A stretch of 60,486 nucleotides of DNA from an uncultured Candidatus Saccharibacteria bacterium (GTDB lineage: Bacteria; Patescibacteriota; WWE3; 2-01-FULL-39-13), in assembly GCA_964510925.1 (NCBI GenBank), contig CAZEDS010000002.1, positions 32,482-92,967 of the forward strand, given 5' to 3'. Positions 46,543 through 54,485 of the stretch are shown piece after piece. Both the position numbers and the translations under genes were made by a program. Each line of letters opens with the position of its first letter. Position 1 is the stretch's first letter. The notes below the pieces were generated by a model. That model did no database searches and was not told where the DNA came from. It saw only the letters and a list, made by a program, of their open reading frames with translations.

Positions 46543-47374
46543 ATTTTTCTATTAAGTGGTCAAGAATAGTTACACCTTTATTTTCTAGCTCTATTCTCGG
46601 TGTATATTTTGTAACAATATTATTATGCCAAGTTTGATCCTTTAAAAAATCTTTCTTTCCGTGTAATTCATATACGTTATTAATTGAATCTATTATTTTT
46701 TTATAAGTTGCTTTGCTACAAAGACTATCTTTACCATAACTTCTAGTATAGTTAACTAGTACTTGAGGTATATATGAAAAAGCATTGGGGAAGAATTCAG
46801 CATGTCTTAATAAAAATTCAAAGTCTTCATAGAGGTCAAGTTCTTCATTCCAATAACCTACTTTATTTATTGTTTCACGACTATGAATCATTCCATTCGT
46901 ATCACATTGTATTTTTAAACTTATTATATTTTCATAGCTAAAGATATCTTTTTCAAATAGTAATGATTCAATAAAAGTTTTTTGAACAGTTCCATCATTA
47001 TTCAACAAATTAACCTTAAAATTTTTATTAGGCATAAAAATTTTTTTATCAGGCTCTTTTTTTATATGGGAGTCAATAGTTGATAGCCAATCAGTATAAA
47101 CAAAATCATCGCTATCCAAATAAGCTATATATTCACCTCTAGCCATTTTAATTCCCATATTTCTTGCACTTGAAACACCTGTGTCATTTTCATTTAGGAT
47201 ATATTTAACCCTTTGATCATTAAAAGCCGTAACTAACTTATCAGTACCATCCTTAGACTTTCCATCAACTATTAATAACTCCCAATCCGAGAAATCTTGG
47301 TTAATAACACTTCGAATGGATTTCCATATAATGTTCGCTCTGTTTTTTGTTGGAGTAATTATTGTGTATTTCAT
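46529..47374 (-). CDS. GT2 family glycosyltransferase
   Basis: IITPTKNR, IVDGKS.DGT, GVSSARNMG, YLDSDD, YEDFEFLLR. Confidence 0.9.
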   Translation of the reverse strand: MKYTIITPTKNRANIIWKSIRSVINQDFSDWELLIVDGKSKDGTDKLVTAFNDQRVKYILNENDTGVSSARNMGIKMARGEYIAYLDSDDFVYTDWLSTIDSHIKKEPDKKIFMPNKNFKVNLLNNDGTVQKTFIESLLFEKDIFSYENIISLKIQCDTNGMIHSRETINKVGYWNEELDLYEDFEFLLRHAEFFPNAFSYIPQVLVNYTRSYGKDSLCSKATYKKIIDSINNVYELHGKKDFLKDQTWHNNIVTKYTPRIELENKGVTILDHLIEKYGKE

Positions 47375-47868
47375 TCTATCTTAATTATATTTTTCCTAGC
47401 TAGAAAATCAAAAAATAACTCTTGGCTATCAAAAACATGTAAATTGTTTACCATTATGAATCTATAATATTGAGATGTTTTATTTGCTATATCTTCTTCT
47501 GTAACCTCCGTACTGTTATATTTGGTACGCAGTCCAGTTCTTTGTTCCTTATTACCTTTAATTCGGTGTAATAAATCTATTGATTCCTCTGGTCGCAAAT
47601 TTTCATGTCTTAAAGCTATTAATTTAGCTGCTTTCCCAGATAAATAACCCAATAATTTTTTTCTGCCAACAGGGTGAGTTATTTCTTTTGGATATAAAGT
47701 TTCAACATCTTCGTCCGTTAAAATTATTTCTAGGTTAAAAATGATTTCATATCCACTTTGAACTATATCTGCTAATAACAACTCTTCTTGGCTTAGTTCT
47801 AAAGTATCTGGTTTTATCATTATTCCTGAACTATCTTCTATAGTTGTTCGGTCAATATTTTCTATCAT
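47371..47868 (-). CDS. Nucleoside-diphosphate-kinase-like protein
   Basis: IMIKPD, GYEII, LT.EDVETLY, GLRTKY, NNLHVFDS (compare NAVHGSDS). Confidence 0.65.
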   Translation of the reverse strand: MIENIDRTTIEDSSGIMIKPDTLELSQEELLLADIVQSGYEIIFNLEIILTDEDVETLYPKEITHPVGRKKLLGYLSGKAAKLIALRHENLRPEESIDLLHRIKGNKEQRTGLRTKYNSTEVTEEDIANKTSQYYRFIMVNNLHVFDSQELFFDFLARKNIIKIE

Positions 47869-47927
47869 AAACGGGAACTTATTGTAACATAATGATCTTC
47901 TTTTACTTTTAATCTATAATCAGGTCT

Positions 47928-48371
47928 ATGAATCACTTAGCTATTTATAGCAGAAACAGAAGTAAAGATTACATCACGATGATGCTGTTAGGTACAAAAA
48001 CAGTCGATGTAAAACTTAGCTATAGGAAAATGGCACCATATAAAAAATTGGCCGAGGGTGATGTTGTTTATATAAAAGAATCTGCTGGCCCAATTGTTGG
48101 AAGATTTACGATTAACAAAGTAAAGGATGTAGAGATTATAAACCCTAATCAAATACTAGATATGCTATTTGATATTCGCGATGAAGTAGGATTAGAGACC
48201 GATGAAGCTGTCTTAAAAATGTATAACAAAGTTATGTATAAAAAATATATGACAATTTTTTGGTTTGAAAATCCTGAAAAATTAGTACCTCCAATTAAAA
48301 TAATAAAATCTGATAGACGAGTTTGGGTTCCTGACTATAATATTCCTGATGAAATTTATTACTCCTTCTGA
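47928..48371 (+). CDS. ASCH/PUA-like domain protein
   Basis: HLAIY..YITMMLLGTKTVDVK..PYKKLAEGDVVYIKESAGPIVGRFTI. Confidence 0.72.
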   Translation: MNHLAIYSRNRSKDYITMMLLGTKTVDVKLSYRKMAPYKKLAEGDVVYIKESAGPIVGRFTINKVKDVEIINPNQILDMLFDIRDEVGLETDEAVLKMYNKVMYKKYMTIFWFENPEKLVPPIKIIKSDRRVWVPDYNIPDEIYYSF

Positions 48372-48416
48372 TTTTCTTATACATAAATTGTATAAGGAAG
48401 TGTTGGCGCTTTATAC

Positions 48417-49700
48417 ATGATAGGTATAAGATTTCTTAGTATGCAAAATATCAAAAAGTTGAGAATCAACTTGCATAGTAAACAAATAGAGGCTAATTGG
48501 GATTTATATCAGAAAAGATATTTAGAAATCGAAGCACAGCTACAGAAGCCTCTTACCCTACTTTTCTCAACAAACTTAAAAAAATATATACATAGTACTG
48601 GATCCTTCCAAATTAATAGCAAAGAGTATGAATTAATTGATGACAAATTAAAAAATTTCTTTGAAACAGACCAAAGTGTTATAAGAATGAAAACAAAGAT
48701 TATTTTTAGAGGTAAAAATTATTATCCAGGATTGTATGAAGACTTGAATGATGAAAGCAAATTTAAACTAATTTTTTCAGAAATTAACGAAATCAAAAGT
48801 AGTTTAAGTAACCTAGATTTAAAGTCTAATCTAATATTATTCTTAGTTTTGGCTGATTATCTTAAAAATTATTATTTGATTATTTTAAATGCCTTTGATG
48901 AATCGTTAAGAACTGTTTGCCCAAATGATATTGATGACAAAATTTATTTTAATTTAATAGAAACAATACAAAGAATTGAATATTGTACATTTAAATCAAT
49001 TAATGATGAAGTAATACATTGGGATAAAGATATATTAAACTACAATATTCGTAAGATTGAGAAGCATCTATTGGAAATATCTAAATTAAAAATAGTATTT
49101 AACAAACCTTTAATTAGAAATATAAGGGAGTGTAATCATATAATAAAAATCCTAGATTTCGCAAATAGGATCTCGGACGAATACTTACCTAGAAATACTC
49201 TCTTAGTAAGCTTTGCCTATGGTGGAATAGAACTTCCATTTTCTATTAATGCTTTGAGAGCTATTCGGGGAAAAAGCACCTTGCCAATCTGTATTTGTCG
49301 CCTATCTAATTATTCTTCTGGAACGATAGATAAAATACAGGATTTATCTGATACGCTGTCTCATTTCTATTCAGAGAAATACATTGAACAATTTGAAAAT
49401 ATAATGATTTTAGATGATTCAATAACAACGGGAAAAACTATTCAAAACTTTGTAGACTTACTTCCTAATAAACTAAAAAAGCTTTATTTGGGGATTGTCT
49501 CATTTAAAAATAGTAACAGATATCACCATTTAGTAATGCCTTACCATGGGGGTGTTAATCCCGAAGTCTTAAAAAATGCGGTTATAACTTCAACTAGTAA
49601 TTTTGCTAAGACGTACAAGAAATTTAGTTATACAAATAAAAATGGTGTTTTTGATAAAGAAAAAACAAAAATATACAAATTATTAAATATTTATAAATAA
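48417..49700 (+). CDS. Type I phosphoribosyltransferase-domain protein with unknown N-terminal domain
   Basis: LVSFAYGGIELP loop and PRPP-binding ILDDSITTGKTI. Confidence 0.75.
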   Translation: MIGIRFLSMQNIKKLRINLHSKQIEANWDLYQKRYLEIEAQLQKPLTLLFSTNLKKYIHSTGSFQINSKEYELIDDKLKNFFETDQSVIRMKTKIIFRGKNYYPGLYEDLNDESKFKLIFSEINEIKSSLSNLDLKSNLILFLVLADYLKNYYLIILNAFDESLRTVCPNDIDDKIYFNLIETIQRIEYCTFKSINDEVIHWDKDILNYNIRKIEKHLLEISKLKIVFNKPLIRNIRECNHIIKILDFANRISDEYLPRNTLLVSFAYGGIELPFSINALRAIRGKSTLPICICRLSNYSSGTIDKIQDLSDTLSHFYSEKYIEQFENIMILDDSITTGKTIQNFVDLLPNKLKKLYLGIVSFKNSNRYHHLVMPYHGGVNPEVLKNAVITSTSNFAKTYKKFSYTNKNGVFDKEKTKIYKLLNIYK

Positions 49701-49702
49701 AA

Positions 49703-50377
49703 ATGACAATTATATTCGACTTTGATGGGACTATAATCAAGTCCTCACAATTACATAAAAAGGGATGGGATCTAGCCCTTAAGCAATTAAATATTGATGA
49801 TTCATTGGATATTTTGCTTCCGTATGAGCCTAATTTAAAAGAACGTTTCGATAGCTATAGAAGAATTAAATCTGGATTTATTGAAAATAAAAAAATATTC
49901 AACAAGGTAAGTGGATACTTCCAAAGTAACGATAAGTCTTTTTTGGTTAAATCTATTATGGATTTAAAAGAAAACATGACAATTTCAAACGTAATGAATA
50001 TGGATACATATGATTTGATATCTCTTTGTGCGGTAAATTTAACCCCTGCTCTAATGGAGTTGAAAGATAATAAAAATACTCTTGGAATAATTAGTTCTAC
50101 AAGGAAAACTATTATAACGTCTATTCTAACAAAGCTTAATTTAGTAGACCTTTTCGACGAAATAGTTGGAGAAGAGAGCATGTATAAACAGGATATATTA
50201 ATGGATAAGCCGGATCGATATTCAGGAGATATATTTAGTAGCAAAACCAATAAAAAGATAGATGTATATGTAGGCGACAATGATTTAATAGATAGAGAAT
50301 TTTCAAACAACTATCGCTGTAAATTTATACTAATGGATTACAAGTTTGATATGTTTAATTTAAAAAATTTAATATGA
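49703..50377 (+). CDS. HAD-superfamily phosphatase
   Basis: IIFDFDGT (motif I), IISST, DKP, YVGDN.ID. Confidence 0.85.
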   Translation: MTIIFDFDGTIIKSSQLHKKGWDLALKQLNIDDSLDILLPYEPNLKERFDSYRRIKSGFIENKKIFNKVSGYFQSNDKSFLVKSIMDLKENMTISNVMNMDTYDLISLCAVNLTPALMELKDNKNTLGIISSTRKTIITSILTKLNLVDLFDEIVGEESMYKQDILMDKPDRYSGDIFSSKTNKKIDVYVGDNDLIDREFSNNYRCKFILMDYKFDMFNLKNLI

Positions 50378-51693
50378 AAAAACTTAAAATATGTAATATA
50401 AAAAATCTATATGAGACTCGCAGTGCTGCAACTCTAGGCGTTGATTATCTCGGTTATCATTTAATTTCTGAAAGTGATTTCAACAGATCGAAAGAAATAA
50501 AAAATTGTATCTCTGAATTAAGAGATTTCTACCCTAAAACAAAAAGTGTTCTAGTAACAAAAGAGAAAAACATAGAAATATTAGAAAAGACAATTGATTT
50601 ATTTGAATTCGATGCAGTTCAGCTTCATTATGAGGAATCGAAGGAAGTAATAGCTCATTTACGAGGTAAGTATGGAGATGTAATAGAGATATTTCAAGTA
50701 TTAACAGTAGATTCAAGCGCAGTTGATATATCTGCAGAAGCGGACTATCACATACTTGATAAGTCATTCTTAGGAGGAACGGGAAAAGAGATAGGTTTAG
50801 AAACAATTGAAAATTATATTAAAAAGCTAGGGAACGTAAAGTTATTTTTGGCTGGTGGGTTATCTCCTGAGAATGTTCATAAATATATAAATCTTGAAGT
50901 ATTGGGTTTTGATATACAATCTGGTATGAAGGCAGATATTACTAGCGAGTATGAAAATACTTCTTTCATAAAAATAAAAAAAATAACTACTTTGTTGGGA
51001 AAAGAGCTTCAAGTTAAATCAAATCAAATTGGCTTTGCTATTCAAGATATAAATCAAAAAAATTCAGACCTATTAAAAGAAGCCATCGCAGCAGGAATTG
51101 ATTTCTTTCATTTAGATATTAGTGATGGCTTTATTGGTGATATTACTGATTTAACAAAAACAGTAAGCTTGATTTCTGGATTAAATGAATTATCATCTCA
51201 TTTCCCTATTCATTACCATTTCTTTACTAAATCATTTGAAAAATTCATTGAACTTAATAACGAGTTATGGATTGATAAGTTAGATAACGCACATTTTTTT
51301 GTTCATATAAATCGGGATAATTATAAATATTTTACATCATTAGAACGAGATCATAAGAATATATTTTTCGCCTTAGATGTTAAAGATTTGATTGATGAAT
51401 CTTTTCCTTGGGAAAATTTTGTTAAAGAATCATTATTGATTTGTTTTCAATCTGAATCTCATGCTGAAAGGATAGATAACTATAATAAAGCTAGAAAAAT
51501 GATAAATTATTCAACAAAGAAAAATCCGATGATTATAATAGATAGAAGCATTAGTATAGATGTAGTAGAGCAAATTGATCAAATTCGTAACTTAAGTATA
51601 GTGAGTGGAAGTTACTTAAAACAAGATATTAATAAGAATTATAATATCTTAAAAAATTATTTAAATGAAAGGATTAAATATGAAAAACAATAA
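50374..51693 (+). CDS. TrpF-like isomerase fused to a ribulose-phosphate-3-epimerase-like domain
   Basis: N-half KICNI, AVQLH, ILDK..GGTG, LAGGLSPENV, DIQSG; C-half HLDISDG, HYH, IIDR, VSGS. Confidence 0.72.
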   Translation: MKKLKICNIKNLYETRSAATLGVDYLGYHLISESDFNRSKEIKNCISELRDFYPKTKSVLVTKEKNIEILEKTIDLFEFDAVQLHYEESKEVIAHLRGKYGDVIEIFQVLTVDSSAVDISAEADYHILDKSFLGGTGKEIGLETIENYIKKLGNVKLFLAGGLSPENVHKYINLEVLGFDIQSGMKADITSEYENTSFIKIKKITTLLGKELQVKSNQIGFAIQDINQKNSDLLKEAIAAGIDFFHLDISDGFIGDITDLTKTVSLISGLNELSSHFPIHYHFFTKSFEKFIELNNELWIDKLDNAHFFVHINRDNYKYFTSLERDHKNIFFALDVKDLIDESFPWENFVKESLLICFQSESHAERIDNYNKARKMINYSTKKNPMIIIDRSISIDVVEQIDQIRNLSIVSGSYLKQDINKNYNILKNYLNERIKYEKQ

Positions 51694-52630
51694 AATTAGA
51701 ACTGCTGTTATAGATGTAGGGACTTTGAAATCCAAATTCGAGATTCGTGAATTCGATGAAAATCTTAATTCAAAAGTTTTATATAAAGATAAACAATTAA
51801 CTGTTTTAGGCCGGGACCTAGATAAAACAGATAATATGATTATAGAAAAATCGGTAGTTAAAACTATTGAAGCATTAAAAGATTTTAAGAATAAATTAGA
51901 GGAGCATAAAGTTGATAAGTATATAGCTGTTACAACAGAAGCTATTAGAAAGGCGAAAAATGCAAACGAAGTTATAGATAGGATATATAATGAAACAGGT
52001 ATAAATTTAACAACTTTGTCTCATGAGGATGAAGCTAAGCTATATTTCTATTCAGTCTCTAAAGATTTTAAAGATAAAACAATCGCCGTCTCTGACATCG
52101 GTGGTGGAAGCGTCCAAGTAGTTGTGGGTAAAAATAATGATATACATGAAATTCATTTGTTTAAAACTGGCACTTATTATCTACAAGAAGGCTTTTCTAA
52201 AACGCATCATCCAACATTAGAAGAGGTTGAAAATGCATTTAAGTATGTAAAAAAAGAATTGGAATCATTACTTGAAACAAAGCATACTCCTGAATATTTG
52301 ATTTATGGAACGACAAATATAGTAGATTTTTTTAAGAGCATGAACTTAGAACTAAGCCCCTTGGACGGTGAAAATAATGATCACAGTTATTATCTGGAGG
52401 TGAAAAAGCTAATCCCTCTATACGAGAAATTAATAGGTCTAAGCTATGAAGATAGAATGCCTTTATATCCAGAAGAACCATATTATATGTGGGCCGCTGA
52501 TAAAGCATTAATGAATATATTTGCTATTTCTGAGCATTTAAAGGTTAAAAATGTAGTGCCAAGCAATAACAATATCTCTACAGGTTTATTAATTGATTTG
52601 GCAAGACAACTAAGAGATGCAAAAGAATAA
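51680..52630 (+). CDS. Ppx/GppA family phosphatase (ASKHA fold, no HD domain)
   Basis: AVIDVGT, TTEAIRKAKNA, LSHEDEA, DIGGGSVQ; AAAGGA SD before ATG 51680. Confidence 0.85.
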   Translation: MKNNKIRTAVIDVGTLKSKFEIREFDENLNSKVLYKDKQLTVLGRDLDKTDNMIIEKSVVKTIEALKDFKNKLEEHKVDKYIAVTTEAIRKAKNANEVIDRIYNETGINLTTLSHEDEAKLYFYSVSKDFKDKTIAVSDIGGGSVQVVVGKNNDIHEIHLFKTGTYYLQEGFSKTHHPTLEEVENAFKYVKKELESLLETKHTPEYLIYGTTNIVDFFKSMNLELSPLDGENNDHSYYLEVKKLIPLYEKLIGLSYEDRMPLYPEEPYYMWAADKALMNIFAISEHLKVKNVVPSNNNISTGLLIDLARQLRDAKE

Positions 52631-53411
52631 TATAAAGAAAATTTTAATAACTGGAATTAGTAGCGGTATAGGCAAAGAGATTGTAAGAACTCTATCTAAA
52701 GATCCGAACTTATACATTATTGGTTGTAGTCGTAAAAACATAGACATAGATTTTAAAAATTTTGAATATCATTATTTGGATTTAGAAAATCAAGAAAGCT
52801 GTAGAAATCTCGCAAATAAACTAAAGAATATCGATGCGATAGATGTTTATATTAACAATGCATCCTTAGGTTATAAAGGGACGGTAGAAGATTTGGATTT
52901 AAATTTTATAAGGCAACAATTTGAAGTTAATCTTTTCGGACCACTTGCCATATTAAAATCAATAATTTCAAGTTTAGAAAAAAACAAAGGAATGATTATA
53001 AATATAGATGCATTAGGTAGTGTTATAGACACCCCTACTTTTGGGTATTATGCTTCATCGAAATTAGCTTTTAATAAACTGTTAAATATTTTAGCGATGG
53101 AAACAAATATAAGCTTTCATAATATATATCTTGGAGCTGTTAAATCAAATTTTGGTAGAAATATACAATCAAATATTGATATAGAAAATAGTAGATATAA
53201 AAATTTATATGAAGAATGGCAAGAAAGATTCATTAATTTCTTTAAGGCGAGAAATAAAGCAGAGGATGTTGCAACTTTAGTAGAAAAACTAATAAACGGT
53301 GAATCAAATAAATCATTTATATCTATCAGGGATCATATCTTATTCTTAAGTAAGATATATTTGCCTCAAAGTCTATATAAGTTAGTATTATTTCATTTCT
53401 ATAAATTATGA
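52617..53411 (+). CDS. Short-chain dehydrogenase/reductase
   Basis: ITGISSGIG, INNAS, FEVNLFG, YASSK (YxxxK). Confidence 0.9.
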   Translation: MQKNNIKKILITGISSGIGKEIVRTLSKDPNLYIIGCSRKNIDIDFKNFEYHYLDLENQESCRNLANKLKNIDAIDVYINNASLGYKGTVEDLDLNFIRQQFEVNLFGPLAILKSIISSLEKNKGMIINIDALGSVIDTPTFGYYASSKLAFNKLLNILAMETNISFHNIYLGAVKSNFGRNIQSNIDIENSRYKNLYEEWQERFINFFKARNKAEDVATLVEKLINGESNKSFISIRDHILFLSKIYLPQSLYKLVLFHFYKL

Positions 53412-53989
53412 AACCTAAAAGATTTGGGCTATTTGCCTCCATTAAGTATATCGATAAGAACATAGATACATATAAAAAGATTGCGGATGTTATTAGAAAA
53501 GAAGGGATTGATATGTATAAGCCAGAGTTCGTAGACGATTACCCTAATTCAAAGAAAAAAACAGCAACCAAGAATGATTCAATTGTTGAAGGAACTCAAA
53601 AACAAATAAGATATATAGATTTTGCGGTTGCTTTCTTTTCTGATAAATCTAGGACAGTGTTTTTTCAAACGATATTAGCACTTGAAAATAAAATCCCTGT
53701 TCTATGTGTTATACACGAAAATTCTTATGAAAACTTTCCTGAAACGTTGTTATCCTATGGAGAAGATTTTATTACCGTAAGAAAATACAAGAACCTTAAT
53801 GACTTAGAGGAAATATTAACTGATTATATTAATGAGATCGAACCTCCCAAAAGGCGCTTTAATGTAGTATTGAAAACAACAACTCTAAAACAAATGGAGC
53901 AACTCTCTTCAAAAATGGATTATAGTAAAGCCGAGCTCATAAGATTCTTAGTAGAAAAGGAGTATAAGCGAATTTTTGGATCTAGATAA
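53408..53989 (+). CDS. Nucleoside-2'-deoxyribosyltransferase-like domain + C-terminal ribbon-helix-helix
   Basis: IDFAVAFFS..LALENKIPVLCV; C-terminal RRFNVVL..LKQMEQLS..SKAELIR.LV. Confidence 0.6.
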   Translation: MKPKRFGLFASIKYIDKNIDTYKKIADVIRKEGIDMYKPEFVDDYPNSKKKTATKNDSIVEGTQKQIRYIDFAVAFFSDKSRTVFFQTILALENKIPVLCVIHENSYENFPETLLSYGEDFITVRKYKNLNDLEEILTDYINEIEPPKRRFNVVLKTTTLKQMEQLSSKMDYSKAELIRFLVEKEYKRIFGSR

Positions 53990-54051
53990 TAAAATAGCTA
54001 TCTTTTCTATAAGGGATCTTTCAAATAATATTTATCTAAAGTATATAAATA

Positions 54052-54457
54052 TTATTTGAGTAAGTTCGCTTTTTGAATCTGAAACTCTTTTTCTGTTAAT
54101 ATTCCACTTTCTTTAAGTTTTGCTAGCTTTGCCAGTTCATCTGCAATACTAGTATTACTATTATCGCTCTTTACATTCATTATTGCTTCTTGTGCTTTAT
54201 AAATAGCCTCTTTTACCTCTTTTTTCTTATTTGTTGGTATTTTATATTTTATTCCGCCTGAAGTTTCAATTATTATTTGCATGTATCCCATCATCCCTAA
54301 TTGAATACTAGCAACTTGATTAATTGGAACATTTTGAGTCCCAGCCTGCTTTGAACTCAACTCTTGCGGGATAAACTTTTATCCAAAAACCAAGATAGCC
54401 TGTTTCGAAAATAGGTTTATCAACATTAGCATTGTGATTATTTTTGAAAAAATTCAT
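54052..54457 (-). pseudogene. Frameshifted PH-like/SHOCT protein
   Basis: Frame from ATG 54457 (..FWIKVYPARVEFKAG) stops at 54320; a +1 frame continues GTQNVPINQVASI..SIADELAKLAKLKESGILTEKEF (SHOCT). Confidence 0.6.
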
Positions 54458-54485
54458 ATATCAATTTTAACTTATAATACTATAC

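Noticed and set aside
49855-50310. 151-aa minus-strand ORF
   Set aside because: Antisense to the motif-complete HAD gene; no features of its own.
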